Below, piece by piece: positions 12,599 to 26,157 of a DNA stretch of 60,541 nucleotides. Every line of letters starts with the position of its first letter. Within the stretch, counting starts at the first letter, position 1. The notes beneath the pieces are model-generated. The model worked only from the letters and a program-made list of their open reading frames with translations, was not told where the DNA came from and did no database searches. A program made the translations under genes and the position numbers. Origin of the DNA: Chara braunii (Eukaryota; Plantae; Charophyceae). Location: assembly GCA_003427395.1 (NCBI GenBank), contig BFEA01000004.1, positions 8,975,656 to 9,036,196 on the forward strand, read 5' to 3'.

Positions 12599-14434
12599 CT
12601 TGCTGCATTTCCCCCTATGCACGAACTTGCCATTAGTACACAGTCCCAATACGGAATCAACTGCGCGTATAGGTACATGTTCCGCATCACCTTTCGATGA
12701 AAAATGTTTTCTTCCCTCTCCCCACTATATGTCCAAAAGAGTTTTACTTTCATATTTTCCCTTTCTTATTACCTTCCTCATCATCGCCAACATCTCCACC
12801 CCAGTCACCGCTACCTATCTTAATTGCAGCGATGGTTTTAACCAATTTCTGAGTGACATATTTTATAGTTGGTGTGCATATTGTAGGACCCTGTGGTCCA
12901 CTTGGCTGATTGGCACACTAAGGAAGTTGTTCCAGATGCCCTCAAACTCCTCGAGTCGTTCTCTCTTCCCAACGGCTCCTTGAAGTGCAGATCGTTCCTG
13001 GGTGGTATGCAACAAAGTCTCAGTAAGAAGGTTTCAACAATCCTCAGTTTCCACTTGTTTCCCTTTCTGCTCCTTCAACAACGCATGGAGTCTCTCCCCT
13101 TCTTCAACCTTTTTTTCTCATCAATTTTTTTTCTTTTCGTGGCCAACAACTTTTGGTTGAGTTCACTCTTCTTCTCCTCGATCAACAAATTCCCTTCCTC
13201 CTGATTCTTAGTTGCTGCCAACTTCGCCACAAATCAATCTCTCTTCGTCAGTTTCTTCTGGAAACTCTGTCCAACACCCAAATTTCCCCACCCAGTCCAA
13301 GTTCTCAACCTGCTAGAGTCTCAACTCCGCAGCATGACTGTTCTCCGCCACCTCCTCTCCTTCTAGTTGGACTCGTCTTCTCACCAATCCTCCTCATTCT
13401 TCTTCCTCTTCTTCTTTAACTTCTCACTCCTTCAACTCTTCTTCTCTTTTCCGCATCTTTTTCTCATCTGTTCGTTCTCCTCCTCCAATTTCTTTTTTAA
13501 CTTCTTCCTCCTTTCGTTTTTTCCTTTCCTGTTTTTCTTTCTTCTTCTCAAGCAACTTCCTGCCAATATCAACTCACTGTTCTGTTGTATATGGCTGTGT
13601 GGTCCGCCACCAGACCTCATGGTCACACTCATGCCGCATGTACGATGGAATCCTGAACAGAAATCGAAGAAGGGGACCCCATAACACGGACAGAGTCAAC
13701 ATTGCGAACATCGGGTAGTCATCCATGGTCACTAAGGCACAGGCAAGTAGGCTCCACCTCCTCACCACGTAGACCTCACCCTCAACACTTAGATTGGATC
13801 AAACCTATCTGAGTTCTTCCCTCCCACAGTGTCCCTACAACTACCTTTTCAAGTTGACGGGCAGCCAACAGCTTAAGGTCAGCCAGCAAGGACCTCAAGA
13901 ATTATTTAACGATGCAGACAGAACGGTGTGCCCACTAGGATTTGAAGGCTCGCTCTCAAGACTTACAGCTCCTCACTGCGTTAACACCGGTTCGGTCGCA
14001 TGTCGGTCAGTACCGGTCTTAGGGTTAGACGAGTTGTTTTACGAGCGCTCGCCGCTCATGCCCATGTTTTCTACTTTTCGGGTGATAAACACAACCTACT
14101 TCATGCACATGTGTCTGACCAGATGCTGACTCAAACCAAATTCAAATACGCCATTGAGTGTTCTTGTCCAGCAACAGCGACACCAAGATGTGGGAAGGTA
14201 CCATGACACTTATGCATTCATAAAAGCAAATGCAGGGCTTAGTGAGGCGATGCACTTCACTTATGAACGCTCCCTCGATGAAGCTCCTCGACGCTCCTCG
14301 CCTGGCATGTACATAATCAGCATCCCCCAATTTGGCCACTTCTTCGGCCTGAAGCCCCTATGTCAAACTCCCAACCTCCTCTCTCCGGACTTAATCTTGC
14401 CAGCGTTCGTCACCACCTGATGTAACGAGTACCG
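12598..14434 (-). repeat. 5' UTR and gag N-terminus of minus-strand copy; inverted repeat of ~6611-8515
   Basis: Colinear reverse-complement similarity with scattered substitutions (compare ORFs 7276+ and 13574-, 6914- and 13794+). Confidence 0.9.
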
Positions 14435-14446
14435 GCTCTCATACCA
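14435..14446 (-). promoter_or_regulatory. Primer binding site (tRNA-iMet), TGGTATGAGAGC
   Basis: One mismatch to canonical TGGTATCAGAGC, directly after the LTR end. Confidence 0.85.
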
Positions 14447-14448
14447 AT

Positions 14449-15254
14449 TGCATTGAGCCTCACTGCTTGTCACCTTGAGCACACACACACAATGAGAGAT
14501 CACACGAAGTCCACACTGGAGACCAGAGATGCAAAGTCCAAATAAACGCAGCTTAGGATTTCCAACAAATCATTGTATTAAGCAGTTACAGAGTTCCAGT
14601 CACCAGCGCTCATCATCGCAGAGTTCAACAACCCAATTCCAGCAACTTCATCCAAGGTAGTGATTCTCTTCTCTCTTTGTCCCCCCCTCTTTCTCTCTCT
14701 GTCTTCTTCATGCATGTGCTCACTCTCTCCCTCTACTGTCTCGCCCTCCCTCTATACTTGAGGATCTTAACTTCGAATACATCCGCTATCTACAGGCCCT
14801 ATGTCCTACTTCTAGCTATGCGGCTATGGCAGCCTCCCTTCCGTAGCTCAATGCTGCCGAGCAGGACTCTCACGCATGCTACTTGCAAATAGCGAACAAG
14901 CGCATCAGCAGCACTTCCACACTTCTCACGAATGAGCAGTCTCCCTGAGATGCGGCTGGCCAGTCCTTATATCAACTTGGCCTCTCTTGGCCTGAGACTT
15001 TGACCCTGAAATTTGAATTTGGGGTCTGCATCGTGGAATGCCTTTCATTGACCAAATTTCAAATTCGACCTTTTCTGTCCCGACTCCCAAGCAAATGGAT
15101 CCTTTGTTCTTCGTCCCTGGAAGACCCAATTTAGGCCCCAATGGAGTCGCACAAATGAAGCCCCATATTCTGATCCCAAGAACCAACTTTGGGTCCCAAT
15201 TCAATCACGCCGGGGGTCCAAGGAAGACTGCCTCTACCGACGCCTAACTCATCA
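14449..15254 (-). repeat. 5' LTR of minus-strand gypsy copy (right boundary tentative)
   Basis: Ends ...AATGCA two bases before the PBS; homologous to 5158-6160; a TG start is available at 15254. Confidence 0.75.
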
Positions 15255-18200
15255 CTAGCACTATGTAAGTTCAGATGAAGTTTCAGCGTCTTGCTCTTTC
15301 ACAGTCAGACATGAGACAACATAGGCAACACAGACTACTTAAAAAAAACTTTCTAAAGCTCTGGGTGTAGACATAGACATATTGTGGAAAACGTCCAAAA
15401 AACCGAACTCGCTGAAAACCCTCTTCGTGAAGATAGATGTTAAAGAAGGAAAAAACGATCAATGCACATTCTCATAAGATCCTCGGCATGCCAGAACATA
15501 CACTTTCATAAACAGAACCGTCGTCGTGCTATTGTTACAAAAACATAAGATGGAAAACACACACACAAAAGAAAACACACGCAAACAATCTTTGCCGCAG
15601 ACAAAGACACATATTTTGTTCTAAGGTGCCCCGGGACTGACGTTTACAACTGAGAACGTGCATATATTGTTCTAAGGGGCTCCACATACAGAACCATTAC
15701 GGTGATTTGAACCAGCAACCTTGCTGCTGTGAAACAATACCAGAGCCACGATGGGTGGTGCCGAACCAAGGAAGCGGCACTCAGTGAAGCAAGGAAGAAG
15801 TCGAGGGCACTCGGTGATGAAAACCAAACGCTCAAAACTCTCCCCCCCAAAGGTGCTTTTGTCCACATCTCTCTTTGAAAGGCTGACTATATCTGTCAGT
15901 CTGCCTGACGTGGCCAATTATCAGCCCATGTGATCGGACCATCTGTCAATCTGTCGGACATGGGCACAAGTCAGTTCGTCGGATCTGGTCGTCTCTCTGA
16001 CAGTCCATCTGATCAGCCCATAGCAACCATACCTTAGTGGAAGTTCAAGTTCACATGTTCGTGCAGAAAACGCATGCATGCATGCATCATTTGCACCACA
16101 GCCACAGGTTTCTTTCTGCCATAGCCACAGCTTGGAGCTGTCACCACTGGATACGCAGCAAAGCTTCAAAGTTCGAACCACCATGGATCGTTCGATCGAT
16201 GCCAATATCCGAAACATCTGACATCTAGACTTGTCCGCCATGACCTCAAAGCTGCAAGTTGCTTGCACCATGTCGCAGACAGAGAAACCCCCTCCTACTG
16301 TAAGGCTGAAGAGGAACTGACACTCAGAGTGCTAGACCTCTGGTGCGCGCTCCCGCCCCCGTCGTAAGTCCACCCTGAGAAGTTTTGACCCCAGACACTG
16401 CAGCCAGGCATAAAATTGCCTTCCCCTTAAAAAAAAAAAAAACAAGAAAAAAAAACCTCGCCTTCCTCTCTGTCAATGGCTCTGAGAAGTTCGACTGCTC
16501 AGTGTTTATACTCGAAGAGAAACTCGCTGCTGTTTTGACTTCAGGGTTTTCACGTCTGCTGTTTTGCTTCGTTGACATAACACCAAAGAAACCAGCTGGC
16601 TTATATATCTGTCTCCTTGACACCCGTCCAGACTCGTCAGAGTTGAGAGCTTGGAACAGGTAAGCAGCGTATTCGGACTCGCAAATGCTGAACTGGAAAC
16701 TGAGAATGCAAATCCCCGTGCGTTCAGATGGCAAACCTTGAAACCTGAAATGCATCCTCTTGCAAACGCGCTCATAATCCGTCGAGCAGAACTAACCACA
16801 GTTTTCTTCTGGCCAGAAAGGGAAGGGGAGGGGAGGGGGGAGGAGGGGAGGGGGGTTGTTTTGCATGCAAACACCAACATTTATGCATGCATCCCCTTAG
16901 AAGAATCGTGGTGTCAATGAGGACCTACCTTGGCTCTCTCTTCTACCCAGAAAGGAGAGGGGAGGAGGAGGGAGGTGTTTTTTCATTTATTTTCAGAATG
17001 CAAACACCTGCATTTCTGAAGCTTAGCTGGCTTTGATAGACCCACTTCTGAAGCGTGCCGAGAGGCCCGAGAAAGAGCCCATCAGCCGACCAGCACATGG
17101 TTGGGACACTCGAGCATTAACACGACGAAGTGTGGAACCTGATGGAACAGTGACCAATCAGTCGGCCGCATTTGCCATCCACCAAAATAATATTTCCTCA
17201 AATGGCAGCCAGATTCCGTGAACCACTCCACGAGAATACAAAAACAGTAAAACCAACAACGACGACACGAGTCAGCGGCATCAGTGTCTTTACTGACCCT
17301 TCCATCCAACTGCATACCTATCTATATACATGTAGAAAAAAGACCACGAAAAAAAAAAACAAAAAAAAACACCAAGACCACAATAAACCATCTTCCTCTG
17401 GAGACCGGCGCCAGGGCAAGGTGATCCAAGGGTTCGATGGTGAACCGGCCGACTCCTTCCCTCTATACATTCCAAATGACAGCACTGATTCGTGTCCTAT
17501 CTGTGAGAAGACATCCAGGCGATCCTCTTACTCGAGACTTCAACTATGTCGACTCTTGTTAATAGCAGCTCCGAGAACCTAACGGATGCCGCATCCCAAT
17601 AACAGACGCTGCCTAAAGCATCAAAGGCAGAGGCTATATTCCACTACCGGCATCAAAGGCAGAGTATGGTTTACCGGTCAAGTGGAGAGAATGAGAACGA
17701 ATCCTCCATTCACCGAGTTCTCTTCGGTTCTTTCCTCTTCCTCCTTCCCAGCCTCCATTTGAGACTTGCAGGGTCCACCGTCACCGCCCTGGATCACAAA
17801 TGCCGGAGCATAGTTCGTTCGCGGGTCAAAAGGCGAATGAGACTTCAACTATGTTGACTCTTGTTACTAGTCAGGGCCCATCCACAGTCACCGCCCTGGA
17901 TCACAAATGCCAGAGCATAGTTCGTTCGCCAGTCAAAGGCAAGGAAAAAAAATCAACCTGCCATTTCAGCAAGTGCCCTGCCATTCTTCCCTCCTCTTTC
18001 CGGGGCTCGATTTGAGAATCGTGCGCCGATTGCAAACAGCGGAAAAGGTAATAAGGTAATCTCTCTTCCCCATCCCTCCTTTCTTGACAGCACAAAGAGC
18101 AGGTCTCGAAAACGATTAAGAAAAAAAAGGTCTTGATAACGACGGCTTTTTGAGCCCCGCAGGCGCAGAGCCCTCTCTGGCGTAGTGTTGGCCTGTGAAT

Positions 18201-18609
18201 TGTAGAGTCCCCACCCCTTAGGGAGTTCACCCCTCCTCTTGCTCAAACAACAACGATACATTGCTCGGCCTTCGCACCCCATGGAAGATAACAAATGGAC
18301 AGAGAAAGGGGGTCAATAATCATTGCAGGTCAGTTCCCTTGAAGAACACGCTATGTTTAACACCTCCGGTCCATCCTCTTTATAGACCTCACCACCCTCT
18401 TCGTGGACCTTGGGACTATCCTTTACGGCCCACCCTCCTCTCCTCTGACTCCTCGGAACATAAAACCATTCTTGAACGGAAACAAAAATGCCGGCCTCAG
18501 GTACCATTCGACGGCATATTTTATTTTCTTTTAGTAGCCTTCTACTGAAAATCCTCGTCCCACCTGAGCTGCAACGACATGCCGCAAGCACGCCACTACA
18601 TGCACTGAG

Positions 18610-19335
18610 GCCATTCACCCATCCACTCTTCCAACCACTGTCCCATCGGAATTCCCAACCACTCCTCCATCCGCTTTCCCAACCTCTCTCCCAACCACTC
18701 TGCCAACCACATTCACCCATGCGCCCTCGCAACGACTCTTCCATCCACTCTGGCAACCACATTCACCCATGCGCTCTCGCAACGACTCTTCCATCCACTA
18801 TCCGAACCACTCTTCCATCCACTCTCCCAAACACTCTTCCATCCATTGTCCAAACCGCTCTCCCCAACCACTCCCCAACCGCTCCCCAACCACTCTCCCN
18901 NNNNNNNNNNNNNNNNNNNNNNNNNNNNNNNNNNNNNNNNNNNNNNNNNNNNNNNNNNNNNNNNNNNNNNNNNNNNNNNNNNNNNNNNNNNNNNNNNNNN
19001 NNNNNNNNNNNNNNNNNNNNNNNNCTCCCCAACCACTCTCCCCAGCCACTCTCCCCAACCACTCCCCAACCGCTCCCCAACCACTCTCCCCAGCCACTCT
19101 CCCCAACCACTCTGCCAGGTTGCCAACCACATTCACCCATGCGCTCTCTTTCCCTACCACTCGTCCATCCATTCTCCCAACCACTCTTCCAACTGCTCTC
19201 CCAACCACTCTTGCATCCACTATCCCAGCCGCTGTCCCAGCCACTCATCCACTCTTCCATCCACTCTCCCAACCGCTCTCCCAATCTCTCTCCCAACCGC
19301 TCTCCCGACCACTCTCCCGACCACTCTCCCGATCG
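18610..19335. repeat. C-rich minisatellite (CCACTCTCCCAA-like ~12-13-mer) with an N gap
   Basis: Directly visible. Confidence 0.9.
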
Positions 19336-20014
19336 GGACACAACTACATGCAGTCAAATGATACCATGACAAGATGGATGGCGACAACTCCAACTTGGCA
19401 TCATATACATAACCGAGCTCTAAATAGCACATCACAGCACATACCTGTGATCTGTGACCTGCTCCGAATAGCCGACTGCAAGATGCAAAATGTCCTCATC
19501 TGCCTCCACTGGCTCCTCTGTCGATTCCGCTGAAGCCCAATATACATAACTGCATGTAAAGTGTTACACACCATCACACAAGCAGTCTACTTCCAGTTGC
19601 AAAAAAGTTGGCATATACTTTTGGCACTAATCTCAAATCAGAGCTGGACACGACGGATTATTCTCCGCATTCCAGTGACACATTTGTCTCCATGGCTCCT
19701 GCAGGATTCCAAGGACTCTAGGATTTGCAATTAGCAGTTCCTACTAACTTCCTAGTTCAATCATCACTAAGTAGAATAGCCTTTGAATAGGAACAAACGA
19801 GTATGTAATAATACTATAATATGTCACACAGTAGGCCTCATATTAGCCATCAAATCATATGCCGCTTGCTCCTGGGATTGCAAGCGTGTGCCGTGCGTCT
19901 CATTGTCTGATTGCGAACCGCAGTGAATGTCTGAGATAGCCACTCATCACCCAGAAACCGCAGCAAAATTCTTCTTCTCAATTTCACAGCCATACAATGA
20001 AAGCAAATGAAATA

Positions 20015-20387
20015 GATACCTTGCTCGTCTCGTCAGCATCTAACACATAATCGTTTTCACCAAGGAGCATCCAGTGCAAATCCATAGATCCTTGGTGCTC
20101 TGAGTGTGAATGGCGTGAAGGCATCCCAGCCATACGATGAATGCAATGAGATTACCTTGCTTATCATGTCACGATCTACCACGTAATCGTTTTCACCGGG
20201 GAGCATCCAGCGCAAATCCACGGATCCTTGGTGCTCGGAACGTGAATGGCGTGAGGGCATCACAGCAATACGATGAATGCAAATGAGATACCTTGCTCGT
20301 CTCGTCACGACCTACCACGAAATCGTTTTCACCTGGGAGCATCCAGCGCAAATCCATGGATCCTTGGTGCTCTGAGCGTGAATGGCG
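20015..20387. repeat. Tandem repeat, 136-bp period, ~2.7 copies, overlapping the CHFR stop codon
   Basis: aatcgttttcacc recurs at 20049, 20185 and 20321. Confidence 0.92.
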
Positions 20388-20526
20388 CAAAGGCACTTTG
20401 TGGATCGGCACGTGTGTTAGGACCCACATGATTGAGTCGCCGAGCATGTTCCTCGCTCCGGTGTTGGGTGCGGCACTCTCTGCCATACCAGCAGTTCACT
20501 TTTGCCACCACTTCGGGTGGTAGCTC
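20329..20526 (-). CDS. CHFR: CHFR last coding exon, PBZ (poly(ADP-ribose)-binding zinc finger) plus C-terminal tail and TGA stop
   Basis: gttcag acceptor; [33 protein letters not shown] fits the PBZ C-x5-C...H-x5-H pattern. Confidence 0.93.
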   Translation of the reverse strand, partial: ELPPEVVAKVNCWYGRECRTQHRSEEHARRLNHVGPNTRADPQSAFAPFTLRAPRIHGFALDAPR

Positions 20527-21832
20527 CTGAACGAACCACGCACAAGAGCCAAGGTCAGCAGTGTGCAAAGCCAGATGCGGATCATCAGCAATCAAATGCA
20601 ATTGCAGTTGTCACAAAGAACATTCAGATAGAACTCAAAAATATTTCAATCCTTTGGCCTAGGTCAGTTGATACACCCACGAACTGCAGAAAATAGAGAC
20701 CCAAATTCAAATCCAGATGCAATTGAAGTTATTAAACTATGAATTACCTGGGCTGCCGCCCTTCCCCAAAAAAAGAAACTGCAGGAAAAATGACAATTTC
20801 AGGGTCAACTTTTCCGTGGAGACGGCAACCAGGAGCAGCAGCAGCAGCAGCGGAAGTGGCAACAACAGCAGCAGCAACAGCAAGCAGCAGACGCAGCAGC
20901 AGCAGCAGCAGAAGAAGAAGAAGAAGAAGAAGAAGAAGAAGAAGAAAGAGGAGGGAGAGGAGTTAGGCAGAAGAAACGGAGTGCTCGCTTATGTGTCTCA
21001 ACAATGAATGTGCAAGGACACCATGCTGGAGAAACTCTAATTACAAGCACAGTGGACTCTGGTGACCAGCATGCATAAGGCCGCCTGGAATCAGCGGAAA
21101 TGATGAAGCAATTGAGCACACCAGCTGAAGAACTGACAGCATTGTAGTTTTGTGGTAATGATAAGCCGAGCTCCCTTCTCACCACCTAACCATCGATACA
21201 ACCACCATAATAGTTCTCAGCTCTTGCTGGTCTGTCCACCAGCCTATATGATCTCTACTCCATCAACTACCCTGGCCTATATGCTCCTACCGACCGTGGC
21301 GTAATCCTACCCTGCTGAAGGGCCTCTTGATGACCACCAGATATCCCCCCTGTCCTCACCAACACCTCGTCTTACGGTCTCCATCTCCCTCCAAGGACAT
21401 GTCCCTCCTGATATGGAGGATTCTGCACGACCTCAATGTGTGACCGGCTTCCCAGTCTCACATTATCTGGAGACTCCTGATCTGGAGGACTCTCCCTTTA
21501 TCTCTAGACCAGGATAGCGATGGGACTCTACCTTCCAGTCTTTTTCCGATGTCGCTGCTGCCTACCGAAACTTGAGCCTACTCTGGCCTGACTTTTCAAG
21601 GAACTGGTTGGACCACCCTCCATCTTTCGGGCCTGCATTAAGCACTCACTGGTGAACCCTACAAGCCCTTCTGATAAATGGGAGGCCTCACACCTCCTTC
21701 CCAAACCTCCTCTCCCTATTCCACACCTCCTCAACCCTCCCTCCCCTGGTGCGTGCTTGTTGTCTTTGACTTTGATGATGACAATGAACTCAATCAATCA
21801 ATCCAACAATCCATCAATCAATCCATCCAGCG

Positions 21833-21864
<32 letters not shown>

Positions 21865-21888
21865 AGAGGGTGAATGATTGATAGGTCG

Positions 21889-21925
<37 letters not shown>

Positions 21926-23173
21926 CCAACCAACCAATTTTCATGCTCAGCCGGCCGGGCACCCGGGCGTGCAAATTTCTTTTCTTTTTTTTTTGCCTTT
22001 CTGCGCTCTCCCAGAGGACCCCAAATCCAGACTTTTTTCATTTTTTGAGAGTTGACTGTCAAGGGGGGGGGGAGAGGGGTATAAATTTGTTTTAAAGGGG
22101 CTAAGGGGGTTCAAAGGGAGGTGCCTTAGTGCGATTCTGTTATTTTCTTTTTTATCTCCGATTCCGTGAGGAATTCCGATGTGACCCTCGCCCAAAAGTT
22201 GTTTCTATTGCAATTCTACACAACATATTTCTTTTCTGGATTATTTTTTTTTGCGTTTTTTTTTTTTTTTTTTTTTTGCCCGAAACCTTGCAGGGCTCCC
22301 GGAAAAACAGCCTAGCAAATAAATGAATGAACGAATCCACACACAATCAATCCCATGAATTGATCAATCCAAACTATCAATCCAATCAATTCACTACACA
22401 ATCAATGAATCAATCAACCACAAATTCAATCAATCAATCAACCAATCACACAAAACTCGAAATGGGCAAACCCCTTAGCGCACCACGTGGTGGACGGGTG
22501 TCCATCCAGATGTCCGGATGAACTGGGTGCCGGATATCGCAGCTCGATAGTCCGTGTTACCCAGAAATGTACTGAAAATAATTGAATTTAATTCAAGTGA
22601 TGGAGTACCACTAGACACAAACACACACACACAGAGGAAAAAAATTGCTTCCTAAAAATGGGTGCCGGATTTTTCCTTCTGCAAACCTTATGACATACTC
22701 ACACTCAGACTTTCTTGGCTGCATCTGACTTCCATTGCAGATAATATTCAGTCAAAAAAACGCCAGTGCAAGTGAAAATGAAAAATCACAAATGCTCTGA
22801 ACAAGGATCAAGTCCAAAAACTTTTGATCCTAAATTTCAAATTTGTAATAACAAGGCACCGCTTATAGACTGAGCTTCACTCTTCACTGACCAGTATGCC
22901 CTCATACTTACGCTATTTGGGATAGCTGCACGATATTTGTAGACAAGCTCCCTCCATATCAATGGTACACAGCCTCTGAACACATCAGCATTTTTGCCAG
23001 CACAAGGGAAAGAAGTGAGAACCTAACCTACATATGATGAAAATGCCACACACACATACTCATACACAACAAACTCATGGAAATATTTGCTGCGCCTGAT
23101 GGGAATAACACCACTGCATACGTGAGAGACATCAACAGTACGAACGTGAGCCAGGGTGCATTCACATGCAACC

Positions 23174-23230
<57 letters not shown>

Positions 23231-24171
23231 TGCAGGTTCCTGTGTCTTCGAGGCCCACAGAGTTAAGGTTCGAGGCCCCCAGAGCTGAGGTTCGTATGCT
23301 GGGACAGGGTGTAGTTTGCAAAATCCAATCACATGCAAACGAAGATTAAAAGAGGCGCTCGCAATCTTGTGATGCCTGTTGCCATAAGCCCTTAGCTAGA
23401 CTGAAAGTCGCCCCAACGACCAGGGTGAATTTTGAGATTTTCGAGGGTTTGTCTTTACTTTTCGGGATGTCTCTGGATAAAATTCAGCAGCATGACCGTC
23501 TCGTACTCTAGTAGACACGGCTGAAACTGCAGAGCTGAACCTCCCCTATTAACCGGTGATTTACCCTTTTTCCCCTTCTGAACTTAGGATTTGACCTTTT
23601 GACCCCTCCGAAGTGTAGTTGGCCGTGATGAAACGTAGGATTGACCCTTCTGTACTTTGGCTTTGACACCTTTACCCTTCTGAACATGGGATTTGACCTT
23701 TTTTCCATTCTGTCCTTACAATTTGTTTGACTCAGGTGAGTGTCTGGGCAGGGGTAGAACGGGGGGTCCCCGCTCTACCCTTAGAGTGGCGTCCTAACTC
23801 CACCCTACCCCCATCCTACCCCCAGTTCAACGGGGCAGAGCACCCCCCAGCGAAGAGGACTGCGGCCAGCGGGGAGGGGACAACCCCGTTTTTGTGGCAT
23901 GGGGGCCTGGCCCCAGCAGTCGGGGACCTTCTCGTGCTGCCTTTTTTTTGGATTTTTTTGTTTTTTAAATAAAAAATGAAAACCCCGCAGGGGTACGAAC
24001 TGGTGGGCCAGCCGTCAGACCCTTGCAGGGGACCGACGGCCAGAGAGAACTGCCCAGCCGCCCGAGCCTGCCCAATAAGTTGGGCGCTCCGTAATGTCCA
24101 ACCGCTTTCTAGGCCTGTGTGTGTGAGAATGTCAGACCCTTGCAGGTGGAGTGTCGGACCCTTGCACGCTG

Positions 24172-24209
<38 letters not shown>

Positions 24210-26114
24210 GAGAGAGAGGGAGAGAGAGAGAGAGGGGTGTTGAGGGCTGTAGGGGAGTGATATTGGCGAGTGTAGGGGTGTAGAGGGTTGTTTATTTGCA
24301 ATTTGTTTTTGTCATTTCCGCAACCCCCACCGCCTGCGCGTTTTTCGGAACCGTGCTCGACGGTCCGAAAAGGGGGAAGAACGGGGTTAGAGCGGGGGTA
24401 AGGGGGCGTAGAGCGGCGCTCTAACAGCGCCCTACCCCGCTCTACCCGCTCTTCCCCGGTTCCTAGTTTGACTGTTTCTAGTCTCGTTGTTCTTTTTCTT
24501 GCCCGTTTGTATTCTCGTTGCCCGTGATGAAATGTTGGTTTGGCTCTTCCGCGAGTCGGAGGATTCGCATCATTTCCACAAAACCAAAAAAGAAACATGG
24601 TTCATGTCATCTGGCCTTCCGATTGTAAATACTAAATATTTTCACAATTAGACTGAATTATTTCATATTACGAGGGTAAACGTTTACTGAGGTAAATATT
24701 AAATAATGAGATTAGGGAAGGTACAAGAAACCAAGCCCCCTAAGAAAAGAAAGGTAAATTGTGAGACGGGGAGGAGGGTAAATGTTTACTGAGGTAAATA
24801 TTAAACAATGAGATCAGGGGAACGTAAAAGAAACCAAGCTGAAAACAAAATATGATAAATTGCGAGACAGAAAGCAGGACAAATGTTTACTGAGGTAAAT
24901 AATGACATCACGAAAAGGTGACAAAAACCAACCCAAAAACAAATAAAGAGGGCAAATTGCTAAATTGTGAGACGGGGAGGAGGGCAAATGTTTCCTGAGG
25001 TAAAGGAAGGTAAAAGAGACCGAGCCAACAAAAAAAGAAGGTAAATTACTAAATTAGTATTAAAAAAAAAGAGACCGAGCCAACAAAAAAAAAGAAGGTA
25101 AATTAGTATTTAAAGAAAAAGAGACCGAACCAACAAAAAAAGAAGGCAAATTAGTGGGATAAAAAAACTAAATTGTGGGACAGGGAGGACGGTAAATATT
25201 TACTGAGGTATGAGGTAAATAATAAGATTAGGGAAAGTTTAAAAAAATTGGACTTACTGGCACACAGGAATCCTTGAATTAACTTCACTCCCACGAGCTG
25301 CTGCAGAGGACGAAGGATCGGGTAGGCCTTTCAAAGTTTGTTTTTTTTTTGGTTTTTTTTTTGTGTTTGTNNNNNNNNNNNNNNNNNNNNNNNNNNNNNG
25401 CATGTCATAGTGCAGCTCGTATCGAATCCAACAAACACAGACATATACAAAAACGTTAACAAGGAGCCCAGAGAGAGGAAAAAAAAAGATAAAGAAAAGA
25501 GAAGAAAAGAAAAACAGGATCCCAACAAACCCCAGGTCCACAACACAAAAACAAGAGTCCGAAAATGGAATTTACATGGCATCACATCATTCACATCATT
25601 GCTCAAATTCAGAAGATGACTCATAAGAGTCATAACTAACAATTAACACAAGTTGGGGATTCAAACTTCCCATCTCACATCCTGTAAAATACAGTAATAC
25701 CATAAATAATATGAAATATTGAATTTATAATGATAACAGGAGGGGTTATTTTCTTCACCTCCTCTGTCCATTTTGTGCCCCTTCTAGCCCCCAACAAAAA
25801 CAAGGAGCATAAAATGCAATAAAGAAAATAAATGACGTCACGGAGGAAAGAGGCGGGACTCAAGTTCTGTAAGTCCCTCTCTCACCCATGTCTCATCCTT
25901 CTCTTTCTCTCTCTCTCTCTCTCTCTCTAAATGAACCAAAATGTGCACATGCCCCTGGCATCACTAGACAGTTGAAGGCAGAACGTCTGCCAAGCAGTAC
26001 GTCCACACGATCTCTCTTTTCAGTGGCCAGCGCGTCCACAGACATACCCACATGCTTCTCCTCCCGAAGTCCTTTGTATTCAGGTGCTTCTCCATGCAGA
26101 GGGAGATTTATAAA

Positions 26115-26157
<43 letters not shown>

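Larger units (their letters stand above)
5158..15254. mobile_element. Decayed Ty3/gypsy chromovirus complex: minus-strand copy interrupted by an oppositely oriented same-family copy
   Basis: Direct-repeat LTRs at 5158-~6160 and 14449-~15254, two tRNA-iMet PBS on opposite strands, gag/pol remnants on plus, chromodomain remnant on minus; no TSD found. Confidence 0.85.

Noticed and set aside
13794-14420. Antisense ORFs shared by both gypsy leaders as an extra retroelement gene
   Set aside because: Sharing is expected from nucleotide similarity, both copies contain stops, and no domain is recognisable.
15640-18500. Possible second minus-strand gene (ORFs 15672-15917, 15921-16271) and splice-like sites
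   Set aside because: No recognisable domain and no consistent exon chain. It could be UTR or non-coding, but I cannot support a call.
20015-20387. CRISPR-like array (also considered 24670-25235)
   Set aside because: Whole units repeat with no unique spacers, there are no cas genes, and the context is eukaryotic.
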